Below are positions 37,975 to 51,367 of a stretch of DNA of 64,000 bases, in pieces. Where the stretch lies: NCBI GenBank assembly GCA_030390025.1, contig CM059432.1, positions 120,592,001 through 120,656,000 of the forward strand. Reading direction: 5' to 3'. Source of the DNA: Squalus acanthias (Eukaryota). A program made the position numbers and the translations under genes. The first letter of the stretch is position 1, and each line of letters starts with the position of its first letter. A model generated the notes under the pieces. That model ran no database searches. It was given only the letters and a program-made list of their open reading frames with translations, and was not told the origin of the DNA.

Positions 37975-39938
37975 TAAACTCAGAACGGCCTCTCAAAATG
38001 GGATTATAGAGGCAATTAACTGGTTGCTAAGTGGGGGGGGGGTTAAAATAACTTGGCAGGGGGATGGGATATGGAGTGGAGCTATAGTCGGGGGTGATGC
38101 CCAGCCAAATATAGAGGAAAAAACAAGTCCGTCTGGAAGGCAGAGAAAATATGTAATGGCACAAGGGAGTATGGCAAGGCTGGATGGCATTTATTTTAAT
38201 GCAAGGAGTCTTATGAGTAAGGCAGATGAATTGAATGTGCTGATGAACACATGGGAGTATGATATTGTTGCTATCACAGAGACATGGTTGAGGGAGGGGC
38301 AGGACTGGCAGCTCAATATTCCAGGGTATAGAATCTTCAGGCGAGACAGAGTGGGGTGTAAAAGAGGAGGGGGTGTCGCAATATTAATCAAGGAGTCAAT
38401 TACTGCAGTAAGGAGGGATGATATCTTAGCAAGTTCATCTAATGAGGCCATATGGGCAGAACTTAAAAACAAAAAGGGGGCAAGCACTTTGCTGGGAGTG
38501 TACTATAGGTCCCCAAACAGTCAGGGGGAGATAGATGAACAGATATGTAGGCAAATCTCAGAGAAGTGTAGAAATAATAGGGTAATAATAGTAGGGGATT
38601 TCAACTTCCCCAATATTAACTGGGATAGTCAGAGTGTGAAAGGCTTAGAGGGTGAGGAATTCTTAAAGTGCATCCAGGAGAGGTTTTTGAGCCAGCATGT
38701 AGAAAGTCCTACAAGAGAGGGGGAGGTACTGGACCTAATTCTAGGGAATGTAGCCGGGCAATTGGTAGAAGTGTCAGTAGGAGAGCATTTTGGTGACAGT
38801 GACCATAATTCAGTGAGATTTAAGGCAGTCATGGAAAAGGACAAAGATGGACCGGAAATAAAGGTTCTAAATTGGGGCAAGGCTGATTTTAATATGATAA
38901 GGCAGGATCTGGCCAAAGTGGATTGGGTTCAGCTACTTGTAGGAGAATCCACATCAGGGCAGTGGGAGTCATTCAGAAAGGAATAAGAGAGAGTACAGCG
39001 CCAACATGTTCCTGTAGAGGTCAAGGGTGGGACCAACAAGTCCAGGGAACCCTGGATGTCAAGGGATATACAAGAATGGATTAGGAAAAAAAGGGAGGCT
39101 TTTGGCAGATACAAAGGATTAAAAACAATGGAAGCCCTAGAGGAGTATAGAAAGTGCAGCGGGGTGTTTAAAAAAGAAATTAGGAGAGCGAAGAGGGGGC
39201 ATGAAAAAACACTGGCGGGCAAAATAAAGGAAAATCCCAAGGTGTTTTATAAGTATATTAAGGGCAAGAGGATAACCAAGGTAAGAGTAGGGCCCATTAG
39301 GGACCAAAGTGGCAATCTGTGTGTAGAGCCAGAAGATGCGAGAAGGACGATGTAGGCATAGAAATCAGACAAGGGGATTGTGATATACTTGAACAAATTA
39401 GCATTGAGAGGGAGGTACTAGCGGTTTTAGCGGGCTTAAAAGCGGATAAATCCCTAGGCCCAGATGAGATGTATCCCAGGCTGCTGTGTGAGGCAAGGGA
39501 GGAGATTGCAGGGGCTCTGACACAAATTTTCAGAAGCTCTCTGGCGACAGGGGAGGTATCAGAGGACTGGAGGACAGATAACGTAGTACCATTATTCAAA
39601 AGGGTAGTAGGGATAAACCAGGGAATTACAGGCCAGTGAGCCTAACATCAGTGGTAGGGAAATTATAGGAAAAAATTCTGAGGGACAGAATTAGTCTCCA
39701 CTTGGAGAGGCAAGGATTAATCAAGGATAGTCAACATGGCTTTGTCAGGGGGAGATCATGTCTAACCAATTTGATTGAATTTTTCGAGGTGGTGACTAGG
39801 TGTGTGGATGAGGGTAGTGCAGTTGATGCAGTCTACATGGACTTCAGTAAGGCTTTTGACAAAGTCCCACATGGGAGACTGGTCAAGAAGGTAAGAGCCC
39901 ATGGGATCCAGGGCAATTTGGCACATTGGATCCAAAAT
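37975..39938 (+). mobile_element. CR1 LINE fragment (APE plus N-terminal RT), 3' truncated
   Basis: YFNARS, AITETWL, GDFN, SDHN, DFSKAFDKVPH. Confidence 0.9.
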
Positions 39939-40613
39939 GGCCCTCCTCCTCCCTCTGGCCACATTTTACAATCTTTCTCGCTGCCTGCGCTCCCTCCACC
40001 GTAGATCCTGAATGGCGAGGTCGACTGCCAGTACAGCCCCCATTAATGTAACCAAGTGTAGCACTTTGATATGTCGTGAGAATAAATGTAACTAATTTTT
40101 ACTAGCCACAGCACTCCGGAGATTAAACAATCTTTAAATGACTGAATTAAACTGTTGCACAATGTCAAACTGACAAGGAAGCAGTGAAACAGCACTAACC
40201 TGACAGCTGCGACTCATTACTCATGCTCCCTTTAAGTAGCGCCCCTGGAGCTGGCTACCAACTGCTTCACGCCTCCACTCCGTCGCTGTCGGGGCGAGGC
40301 GCTAAGGCAGGAGGCGATAATCAATTTTGCAGATCGGGCACTGATGTCACAATCTGCCTGGTGCTGAAGTCCCCGGCGCTAACTCGTAGCGGCGGTGCTA
40401 CGGGGGTGCTGGATTTGGCGTGTGTCGCTGGATTAACCTCGCCACAGTGCTACTGCCTCGGCGCCCCGTTAATGTCCCCGCCAGGTGCTAACTGGAGGCG
40501 CTATGGTACCAAATTTCTCCCCCAAAGAATCTAACATCAGTGGTGGGAAAACTACTGGAGACCATTTTCAAGGACAATATTAATTCTCACTTGGAGCAGC
40601 ATGGGTAACAAGG

Positions 40614-41045
40614 AAAACAAAAGCAAAATATTATGGATGCTGGAAATCTGAAATAAAATCAGAAAATACTGGAAATACTCAGCAGGCCAGTCAACATTTG
40701 TGGAGAGAGAAACAGAGTTAATGTTTCAAGTTAATGACCTTTCGTCAGAACTGGAGAAGGTTAGAGCTGTAAGAGGTTTTAAGTAAGTACAGAGGCAGCT
40801 AAAGGCAGGAGGGGCAGAAAGAACAAAAGGGAAAGGTCTGCGATAGGGTGGAAGGCAGGAGAGATTAAATGAAAAAAGGGATGATGGTGCAAGGCGAAAG
40901 GAGATGGTAATGAGTCAAGTAAAGAAACAAAAGATGAGTCTAGAGGAGGTGTAAACTGGAATAGCAGAATCATCAGCAACAGCTGCCGTCCGAAAAAATG
41001 AGGGCAGAGGTTATGATCTGAAATTGTTGAACTCAATGTTGAATA
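40614..41045 (-). mobile_element. Penelope-type fragment with degenerate hammerhead (about 40716-40753) inserted in CR1
   Basis: Reverse strand reads AGTT-CTGACGA-AAGGTCATTAACTT-GAAACATT-AACTCTGTTTCTCTCTCCAC. Confidence 0.6.
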
Positions 41046-42339
41046 AGGGACAGACAGAATTGATTTGTTAAAAACAATTCATGTTTGGCTAACCTGATTG
41101 AGTTATTTGATGAAGTAACAGAGAGTGTTGATGAAGGTAGTGTAGTAGATGTTTTTATGGACTTTCAAAAGGCATTTAATAAAGTACCACATAACAGACT
41201 TATTCAGAAAATAGAAGCACATGGCATTAAAGGGATGGTGGTACCTTGGGTATATAATTGACTAAAGGACAGGAAGCAGCGAGTAGTGGTGAACGGATGT
41301 TGAATGATTCTGACTGGAGTGAATTATTCAGTGGGGTCCCCTAGGGGTTAATATTAGGACCATTGCTTTTCTTGTTATATTTAAGTGACCTGTATAGGGA
41401 GTACAATTTCCAAGTTTGCGGATCATACAAAAATGGGCAATCCAGTAAATAATGAACAGGATAGTAGTAGACTTCAGGAGGACATACAGACTAGTGAAAT
41501 GGGCAGAGACATGGCAGATGCAATTTAATGGGGGTAAGTGTGAAGTGATGCACTTTGGGAGAAACAACATGGAGAGGCAGTATAATCTAATGGTACTATT
41601 TTGAGGGGGGGGTGTAAGAACAAAGGAACCTGGAGGTGCTTATTCACAAATCTTTGAAGGTGGCAGGACAAGTGGTTAAGAAAGCGTATGGGACTTGGCT
41701 TTGTAAATAGGGGCATTAAATACAAAAACAAGGAAGTCATGCTCAACCTTTTCAAATCACTGGCTAGACATCAGCAGAAGAATTGTGTACAATTCTGGGC
41801 ACCACACTTTAGGAAGGATGTCAAGGCCCAGGAGAGAGTACAGAGGAAGTTTACCAGGATGATACCAGGGATGAGGGACTTAAGTTATCTGGAGAGGTTG
41901 GTGAAGCTGGGATTGTTCTCCTTAAAGCAGAGAAGGTTAAGGGGAGACCTAATAGAGGTATTCAAAATTATGAGGGGTTTAGATAGGAGAGACTGTTTCC
42001 TCTGGCAAGTGGGTCAGTAACCAAAGGTCATAGATTTAAAATAATTGCCAAAAGAACTAGATGGGAAGTGAGGAGAAATGTCTTCACACAGAGGGTTGTT
42101 AAGGTCTGGAATGCACTACCTGAAGGTGTGGTGGAATAGGTAATTGGACATGTATTTGAACAGAAAGAGAAGAAAGAGGACTAACTTGCAGCGTTATACA
42201 GAAAAAGCTGGGCTGAGGGACTAAATTGGACAGCTCTTTCAAAGAGCCAGCACAGGCACGACAGACCAAATGACCTCCTTCTGTGCTGTTAGATTGTATG
42301 ATTCTATGTTATAGATGTGGGGATGTCATGCGTTTGCAG

Positions 42340-43128
42340 TAAATGGGCACAGAGTGAATTGAGGCGGTTTGCTGAGAGGAGGTGCAGGTGGCCCAACTTA
42401 GAGGAGATGAGGTGAGGATGGTGTTAGTGGCAACAGTGAAAGGAGGAAGCAGGAGGTGAACACGTGTTACGGGTGAGGATGACAGGTGGTAGAGTGTGCC
42501 GTTGTGATTGGTGATGAAAAAAATGAGGCAGGGTGAGGATTGGTGTGAATGGTGTAGGAGGGACAAGGGGCAGTGAAAGCAGGTACATTGCAAGACAAGG
42601 ACCTGGACTGACCTAGTGGGGCAATTGAATCATTTTCTGCACTAGATCCAGGTCCTCGGTGCCAGAATCCAGCTGCTGATTTCCTGAAACACCTCAACCC
42701 ATGCCTTCTTAATGACCGCACCAGTTTTCTTCTTCTAACTTGTGGGGAACAGCGCAGCTCTCCTGGCCCTCACTGCAGCTATCATAACCTCCAGGGAGGC
42801 ATCAGAGAACCTGGAGACCAACTTTCTTCTCTTTGCAGCCATTTTCAAAATTTACACCTAAGCTTTACAATCGCTGTAATGTAAACCCTCCCTTGGAGAG
42901 GTGGATTGAGACTTTAAATAGTGGCCGGGTCTCAGACTGGAAATTGTGTCATGTGGGTGTGCGGGACACCCACAGATGCACGAATGGGCCGGGAAACCCG
43001 GAAACATTATGGAAGTGAGGCCCAGCTATTAAAAGCAGCCAGGCCTCCACGTCTCGCGAAGTTGATGGCTCGCCTCCCACTTCTACCCTCGCACGCTTCA
43101 TTTCTGTTCCCCAATTAAAATCAGGGCC
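42340..43128 (-). mobile_element. Harbinger end with Myb exon 1 relic
   Basis: RFSDASLEVMIAAVRARRAALFP on -; AAAATCAGGGCC TIR-like end. Confidence 0.6.
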
Positions 43129-43679
43129 ATTGTTTTTGGGCACAGGCAGCTGAGCCACTGCTGGAGGGTGTGCCCCCTCACTTTATGAACAACTGTTTGC
43201 TGCAACTGGTATATGCTAACTGAAGATGACAACAAGTAGAAATCGGTAGCTGGGGGAATGCCCTAAATGCCTGGCACCTAGAACTGCAGTCCATTCCATG
43301 GGGCCCTCTCAAACCAAGCCAATCATAAAAAGACAAGCTAGCCTTTAAAATGGCTGACATAATTTAAAATTTAAAATAGCTTAACATCAAGGGCCATGAC
43401 CCCCTAAATAAAAAGGATTTAACTTAAAAAAGAATAGACACACATGATCATTTTGCTGAAAGTACTTTTCATCGCAACAGAGCATGTAACAATCATACAA
43501 AATTGGTTGGGTCTAACCTGGGATAACTCATTTTCTTCCAAAAGCAGAGGTGTAGTCACCTTGAGCAACAAACAACAACCTTACCTGCTAGAGTAGATTA
43601 TCCCAGGCTGCTCCATCCTGATCATGGGTTGAATTAATAATTTCCCCACATTTCCACAGTGGCGTATCTCATGATCACC

Positions 43680-44160
43680 CAACATATGGAACAGGAGTAG
43701 GCCATTCAAATTAGACAATGGCTGATCTGTACCTCAACTCCATTTACCCACCTTTGCTCTATATCCCTTGATACCCTTACCTAACAAAAATCTATCGATC
43801 TCAGTCTTGAAAATTTAAATTAATCCTCAGCATCCACAGCCTTCTGGGGAGACAATTCCAGATTTTCACTATCTTTTGTGCAAAAAGGTTTTCCTGTTCT
43901 CGCTCCTCACTGGCCTCGTTCCAATTTTAAGATATGTCCCTTGTTCTGGATTCCCCCACCAGAAGATTATCTCTCTTTATCATTTTAAATACCGTGATTA
44001 GATTATTTCTCAACCTTCCTAACTCAAGGGAGTACAAGCCAGGTTGGCGCAACCTGTCCTAATAATTTAACCCTTTAAGCCCTAGTGTGATTCTGGAGAA
44101 TCTGTGCTGTACCCTTTCCAAGGCTAATAGTGATAGTAGTAGGAACCTTGAACTGTGCCT
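43680..44160 (-). mobile_element. Degenerate CR1 3' end
   Basis: Similar to 6200-6740. Confidence 0.7.
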
Positions 44161-45278
44161 TGTCAACATGCCTTAACAGCCCCCCGCCCCCCCCCCCCCC
44201 CACTAATCTAGGACAACTTGGACATGTAACCACCATAGCCCATGAGAGGTCAAGACCTCATAGCTGCATGGCACACCCTCCATTTGACAGGAAAGGAATT
44301 ACTGTTCACTACAATCCCCATAAACCACTTTTTCCTGAAGCAAGCCCACCTGGCATATGTCCAGAAATGGACCATTTCTAACTACATGCGTTCCATGCAC
44401 AGTAAAGGCTTTCATCTAGGTAGAATTGAGCTCCTACTTCCTGTCCTTAAGTGCATAGTCTTGAGAGTCAGACAACGATTCAAAATTCTTTGCCACATAT
44501 CATTTTGGTTGTCCCACCAGAGGTATCAGGCAGGCCTATTCCCGTCCACTTTCTTTTTTTATGAGCATAAAGCCCCCATCTGCAGCCATAAAAATGAACC
44601 CTTCATCCAAGCAGTAAAGGCCGGAAGATTGTGTGTTGTGTCGACCACCCGTTTTATACCCCGCCCAAGTTACCTTTCCAATGGAGAGTAAGACGGGCAT
44701 CCAGGTTGATTCCGTCAGTTTTCCAAAGGCGGGTTGGTTCCAATTAACCCCATGCTTTTTTTCTGCCTCCGTAAAAAACATGTCTTAAATAATTCACACA
44801 CGGATTTCAGGCCATGTTCCACAAAATGGTGCACATATTTAAAAACCAATTAAAGGTGCCGTTTCACAGAAAAATGTTCTTCCATCACTCAGATGTAATA
44901 CATGACTTTTTTCAGGCCTATTTTTGAATGTATGTTATATAAACAAAAATACTATATTTAGTCCAGTTATATGCAAGTATGGTTATTTGCAACTATTTAT
45001 CCAGTCAGAATCATTACATAAAACAGAATCCAACAATTTAGCTAGAATTTTAATTTCATGAGTTCAGTGTCAGTATTTGAGCTATTCTTTAATGTCAAAC
45101 CTAATGTCAACTGTCTTATTTGTCTACCAGCCACATCAGTCCAGAATTCAAAGTAGGTGTTAGCATTGTCCCACTTGTCTAAAAAAAGTTGAAGTATATT
45201 TTTTTGTTTTATTAAAATTAACCACGCAACTAATATTTTTTGCTGGACAGCTTAATCTCCAAACGTAGTTCGGATAAT

Positions 45279-46041
45279 GGGCCAGAAATTCGGGTCTCCA
45301 CGGGTGAGTACGCGCTGTGTACTCACCCGTAGGCCCAACAAAAGTGCCGGTTTCGCGCATGCACTGCGCATGCGCGGGAAACCGGAACTTCCGTTCCCTT
45401 GAAGGAAGGGGTTCACAGGTCAAACGCGTGTGCCGGAGAGGCAGCGCGTATGCCTGGAACTTCAGCTTTTTTTACAGGTTCCTCTGTGCGGGTAAGTCCC
45501 TAGCAGCTGCACGGGGAAAAAGCAGGCGCAAGGCCTGCTTTTAACCAGGTAAGTGGTGAATTAAGTAAAATTAAAACATTTTTTCCACAGGTTTATTATT
45601 TTTAAATACTTTAAAGAAAGGTAAGTTTATTTTTAGCCCTGTTAAAAACTGTAATTAATGTTTTCAAAAATTTAAATTATTGTTTAAACAGTTATTTTAT
45701 GTAATTTATAGTTATTTTAAAAATGTGATTTAAAAAAAAAAATTATTTGAAGTTTTAGTTAGGTTTTGGGGCCGATCTCTATTCATAGATTTGACAGATC
45801 TTCCTGTCAAATCTATGAATGGCGATTCCCTGCTACGATTGGCTCTCCATGGCCCACATGATCCCAGGGGACGCTTCGAACTAACTGCGCCGCTGGGATC
45901 CGCGAGAACTGCACACCGGCAGCTGGAGGAGGCCCAGGACCCGAATCCCACGCGGACCCACAGCACAACGGCAGGCGCACTAGGTAAGTGCAGGTCAGGG
46001 GCTTGCACCTGCGGGAAGCCTCCAACCCGAATTTCTGGCCC
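45279..46041. mobile_element. Harbinger MITE family B
   Basis: Perfect 16-bp TIR GGGCCAGAAATTCGGG; AAT TSD. Confidence 0.88.
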
Positions 46042-46829
46042 AATTTTGAAGATGTGCAGTTAAGGAATATTGATTAGCACTGCAAGATGGGCCTTTATGA
46101 AATACGCTATATTAATAAAATAGCCATGGCTCTCAACCACTAATGCTAAATATATACTATTATTGGTAATTATGTACCATTTTACTTTTACAGGACCATT
46201 TCTCCAACTTAATGCCTTAAAGAAAGTTATAAAACAGAAGAAAACAAAATGAACACTGCTTGCAGGAAGTTAAATGACCTTGCTTACTATGTTCGAGTAT
46301 TTTCCCAGAATTAGCCAGCTTACTGATGGTTATTGGCCAATATTTTGAAAGTGAAATATATATTCAGTGGCAGTTCTGAGCGTAGGCTGCAGCACTGGGT
46401 CATCTATTTATTCCTGTGAAAAACTCCCTTCTGATTTGTGATAACGGGTGATATACAGCCATACTATTAGCGGTACTGCATGCAGCAGTACTGGCAGCAA
46501 ATGATCAATTGTGCAGGACTGGTTATAAATGCAATAGGACCATTCTCAATTATTTTTATATTTCACAATTTATAGATTGGCATTCTTCCCATTCTAAACC
46601 ATGTTTCCTTCAGATATAGGGTGGCTTTGAACAGCAATGAATTTAGGCCTTGAAGTTACATTTTGTGAACATTAAAGTGCAGATACTTATGCATTTGTGT
46701 GCAATTTGTTCATATGCTGTTTTAGCAGAGCTGTTAACCCATTTAAAATGACAGTTAAAATAGAAGACAAAGGAATTGCAAACGGATGCATCTAACAAAA
46801 ACAACTTGCAATGATATTTTTTTTTTAAT

Positions 46830-49800
46830 TAGTTCTTTTATGGGATGTGGGCATCGCTGGCAGGACCAGCATTTATTGCCCATCCCTAATTGCCCTTGAG
46901 AAGGTGGTGGTGAGCCACCTTCTTGAACTGCTGCAGTCTGTGTGGTGAAGGTACTCCACAGTGCTGTTAGGGAGGGAGTTCCAAGACTTTGACCCAGTGA
47001 CGATGAAGGAACGGTGATATATTTCCAAGTCAGGATGGTGTGTGACTTGGAGGGGAACTTGGAGGTGATGGTGTTCCCATGCGCCTGCTGCCCTTGTCCT
47101 TCTAGGCGGTAGAGGTTGTGGGTTGGGAGTTGCTGCAGTGCATTTTGTAGATGGTACACACTGCAGCCACAGTGTGCCGGTGGTGGACGGAGGGAATGTT
47201 TAAGGTGGTGGATGGGGTGCCAATCAAGTGGGCTGCCTTGTCCTGAATGTTGTTGAGCTTCTTGAGTGTTGCTGGAGCTGCACGCATCCAGGCAAGTGGA
47301 GAGTATTCCATCACACTCCTGACTTGTGCCTTGTCGATGGTGGAAAGGCTTTGGGGAGTTCGGAGGTGAGACACTCGCCACAGAATACTTAGCCTCTGAC
47401 CTGCTCTTGTAGCTACAGTATTTATGTGGCTGGTCCAGTTAAGTTTCTGGTCAATGGTGACTCCCAGGATGTTGATGATAGGGGAATCGGTGATAGTAAT
47501 GCCGTTGAATGTCAAAGAGTGTTGGTTTGACTCTCTCTTGATGGAGATAGTCATTACCTAGCACTTGTGCGGCACAAATGTTACTTGCCACTTATAAGCC
47601 CAAGCCTGATTATCATCCAGGTCTTGCTGCATGCGGGCACGGACTGCTTATCTGAGGAGTTGCGAATGGCACTGAATACAGTCATCAGCGAACATCCCCA
47701 CTTCTGACCTTATGATGGAGGGAAGGTCATTGATGATGCAGCTGAAGATGATTGGCTCTATGACACTGCTCGGAGGAACTCCTGCAGCAATATCCTGCGG
47801 CTGAGATGATTGACCTCCAACAACCATAACCATCTTCCTTTGTGCTAGGTATGACTCCAGCCAGTAGAGAGTTTTCCCCTGATTCCCATTGACTTCAGTT
47901 TTACTAGGGCCCCTTGATCCCACACTCAGTCAAATGCCGCCTTGATGTCAAGGCCAATCAATCTCACTTCACCTCTGAAATTCAGTTGTTTTATCCATGT
48001 TTGGAGCAAGGCTGTAATGAGCTCTGGAGCGGAACCCAAACTGAGCATCAGTGAGCCGGTTATTGGTGAGTAAGTGCTGCATGATAGCAGTGTTGATGAC
48101 ACCTTCCATCACTTTGCTGATGATTGAGAGTAGACTGGTAAGGTGGTAGTTGGCCAGATTGGATTTGTCTTGCTTTTTGTGGACAGGACATACCTGGGCA
48201 GTTTTCCACATTGTTGGGTAGATGCCAGTGTTGTAGCTGTACTGGAGCAGCTTGGCTAGAGGCGCGGCTAGTTCTGGAGCACAAGTCTTCAGCATGACAG
48301 TTGGGATGTTGTCGGGGCTCATAGGGGGAAAAATTCAGTTGGTTGCGCCTCCCGTTAGCACCTTAAGAGGGCGCTAATGGGGCGCAAAGCATCTGGCGCC
48401 CAGGCGCGGCGAAGTTTGCGTCGCTCGCGAAATTAACTAGACATTTTGCGGTGGCGCTAAACACTACCGCCACGATCTCCTGCGCCGGCAGATCATGATG
48501 TCACTCGAGTGCACAACGCCCCTGTATCGCCCCGGAGCGGATATTGAGTGGCGCCCCCTGCCTTACCGCCTGACGCTAGCAACGACAGGTTGAGGGGAAC
48601 GTTCTGCAGTCATGAAGGGAAAGGGGGAGCGCTATTTAAAGGTGTCCGCTTCCTGCCTTTTATTGTTGGTGCCATTTTTGAACTACGCATTCTGAAAGAG
48701 AGAGGGAGAGACTTCTGGAGAGATTCAACGTTGTGTGAAGGAGTTTTGGGTACTGAGCAGCACTTTGCAGGTTCATTTTGATTTGCCATTCCTTGTATCG
48801 ATTTAGAAGAGACTGTGGGGGCTGCACTCTGAGCTCTTTGCCTGGTACTCTCCATTGTTCTTTCCAGCACATTTGATGTGCAGGTCTCTCCAGGCCGAGA
48901 TTCAAGGCTGCAATGAGCAGGATGTGGATGGAAAGCAAGATTAACCATCCCCTTTAAGAACTGGCCCGTGCCATTGTGTGTGTGTTCCATTGCTGACTGA
49001 CATTACATGAGCTTCGCCAGCGCTCTGAGGTAGCGCCTCGCTCCTCGGCATTTGCGCCTTAAGACAGGTGTGAAGCGCCTGATATAGCGCTGCAATCACC
49101 TCCAGGGGCGATAAAAGTCAAGTTTGCAGTCGGTGGCGATAATTAGCGCCAGGTGCTAATCTTTGCGCCCGGCCGATAATTGCGCCTCAAATGAGGCGAT
49201 ACTGAATTTCTCCCCCATAGACTTTGCTGTATCCAGTGCGCTCAGTCATTTCTTGATATCACGTGGAGTGAATTGAATTGTTTGAATTCTGGCTTCTGTG
49301 ATGGTGGGGACTTCAGGAGGAGGCCAAGATGGATCATCCAGTCGGCACTTTTGGTTGAAGATGGTTGCGAAAGCTTCACCATTGTCTTTTGCACTCATGT
49401 GCAGGGCTCAGCCATCATTGAGGATGGGGATGTTCTTGGAGCCCCCTCCTCCCTTTAGTTGTTTAATTGACCTCCACCATTCACGACTGGATGTGGCAGG
49501 ACTGCAGAGCTTTGATCTGATCCATTGATTGTGGGATTGCTTAGCTCTGTCTATAGTATGCTGCTTCTGTTGTTTAGCATGCATATAGTCCTGTGTTGTA
49601 GCTTCACCAGGTTGGCACTTCATTTTTAGGTATGCCTGATGCTGATGCTGGCATGCTCTTCTACACTTCTCATTGAACCAGGGTTGGTCCCCTGGTTTGA
49701 TGGTAATGGTAAAGTGAGGGATATGTCGGGCCATGAGGTTACAGATTGTAGTGGAATACATTTCTGCTGCTGCAGATGTCCCACAGTGCCTCGTTGATAC

Positions 49801-50287
49801 CCAGTTTTGAGCTGCTAGATCTGTTCTGAATCTATCCCATTTAGTACAGTGTTAGTGCCACACAACACGATGGAGGGTGTCCTCAGTGTAAAGATGGACT
49901 TCGTCTCCACAAGGACTGTACGGTGTTTACACCTACCAATACTGTCACAGAGAGATGCATCTGCGACAGTTTGATTGGTGAGGATGAGGTCAAGTAAGTT
50001 TTTCCCTGATGTTGGTTCTCACACCACCTGCCGCAGGCCCAGTCGCGCAGTTCTGTCCATCAAGACTCGGCCAGCTCGATCAGTAGTGGTGCACCAAGCC
50101 ACCCTTGGTGATGGACAGTGAAGTCCCCCACCTAGAGTACATTCTGTGCCCTTGCTACTCTCACTGCTTCTTCCAAGTGTCATTCAAAATGGAGGAATAC
50201 TGATTCATCAGCTGAGGGAGGGTGGTAGGTGGTAATCAGCAGGAGGTTTCCTTCCCCATGCTTGACCTGAAGCCATGAGACTTCATG
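46830..50287 (-). mobile_element. CR1/L2-group LINE ORF2, degenerate, split by a family A element
   Basis: PDNIP..LKTCAPEL, VCPVHKK, QFGFR, MFADD, ILGVTIDQKLNW, VRSVMEY. Confidence 0.88.
48324..49216. mobile_element. Complete Harbinger non-autonomous family A element
   Basis: TIR GGGGGAAAAAATTCAGT...ACTGAATTTCTCCCCC; ATA TSD; LINE rejoins across it. Confidence 0.9.
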
Positions 50288-50546
50288 ACCTGACTCCTTT
50301 GGTTTGTGTCCCTGAACTTCATCCGTGATCATCTAGAGCGATGACCTTAGACCCCATTTGGTGGTGCAATTCTCCTGCTTCTACCTTATACCTTCAGTCA
50401 CTTTCTCTTCTCCAATTTACATGCCCATTATTCTATCTTACCATCTCAGTCATGAGCCGTGAAGAAACCTTACCATCCAATCTAATATCACCCATTGAAA
50501 CACAAATCAGTAGTTTCCTGACAGTTTGGTCCCATGTATCATTAAC

Positions 50547-50596
50547 ATTTCTGAAGAAGGGTCATTGACCTGAAACGTTAACTCTGTTTCTCTCTC
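50547..50596 (+). ncRNA. Minimal hammerhead motif, stem I partly lost
   Basis: CTGAAGA-A-GGGTC-ATT-GACCT-GAAACGTT-AACT. Confidence 0.55.
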
Positions 50597-50838
50597 TTCA
50601 CTCAGAGGGTGGTGAATCTTTGGAATTCTCTACCCAAGAGGGCTGTGGAGGCTCAGTCGTTGAGTATATTCAAGACAGAGAGCGATAGATTTTTGAATAT
50701 TCAGGGAATCAAGCGATATGAGGATAGTGCAGGAAAGTGGAGATGAGGTAGAAAATCAGCCATGATCTTTTTGAATGGCGGAGCAGGCTTGAAGGGTAAA
50801 ATGGCCTACTCCTGCTCCTATTTCTTATGTTCTTATGT
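50597..50838 (+). mobile_element. CR1 3' end
   Basis: FTQRVVNLWNSLP and CTCCTGCTCCTATTTCTTATGTTCTTATGT tail. Confidence 0.85.
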
Positions 50839-51183
50839 AAAATCATAATTGACACCTCTTAAACATTGAGTACACAAATAATTCATAGATATAAATAGTT
50901 ATAGACAGGATCACCTAGCAATTTGAATGACAAAGAATTAATAGACAGTTACTAAATGTAATGAAAGCAGAGGCTATAAAGGCAGTGCAGTGTAGCAGCA
51001 TAATTCAGCATTAATTGGATTGCTGACTATTCAGCTACAGTTCTGATCAGCATCTGAGACTATCACAAATTGCTGAGATGAATCTCGGAATAAACTCCTG
51101 ACAAGTGCATGAGATAGCAAGTCTATTGGATAGATTAACGTCTACGTGCTGTTTGTAAGCAATGTTTCCAGAGCTTACATTAC

Positions 51184-51321
51184 CTTGTCCTTATGAGCGG
51201 CATGTTTGAACTGATCTTCTTCCCCTGGGACGGTGATATTAGCTTCTGGAACATTGAGTTGATGAGTCCCTTCAGCAGGGTTATCTGTTCCACGCAAATC
51301 TTCTGCTATGGCTAAATCCAT
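51184..51321 (-). CDS. Candidate first coding exon of an unidentified host gene
   Basis: Kozak-like AAGATGG, 46 open codons MDLAIAEDLRGTDNPAEG...HKDK, donor AAG|GTAATG. Confidence 0.3.
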
Positions 51322-51367
51322 CTTATGCACTAGCAACTGTAGCTGAGCTCGCTGGCTAAACTCTAAG

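Larger units (their letters stand above)
33914..37975. mobile_element. Near-complete Harbinger (inner); right TIR not found
   Basis: Left TIR GGGCTGGATTTT after ATT; convergent Myb and transposase genes. Confidence 0.8.
33146..40523. mobile_element. Harbinger element (outer) with Myb exon 1 remnant (33488-33725), carrying nested insertions
   Basis: TIR GGGGGAGAAATT...AATTTCTCCCCC; AAA TSD; RFLDQELE, WREVA, QCKKKFNNL then GTGAGT. Confidence 0.8.
32230..42307 (+). mobile_element. CR1 LINE (pieces 32230-32852, 40530-40613, 41045-42307) split by nested insertions
   Basis: GNYRP-S-CTAACA rejoins CTAACA-TCAGTGGTGGGAAAA; RT and 3' tail motifs downstream. Confidence 0.82.

Noticed and set aside
46194..46251. 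Possible plus-strand terminal exon (PFLQLNALKKVIKQKKTK*)
   Set aside because: Good acceptor but too short, and no partner exon found
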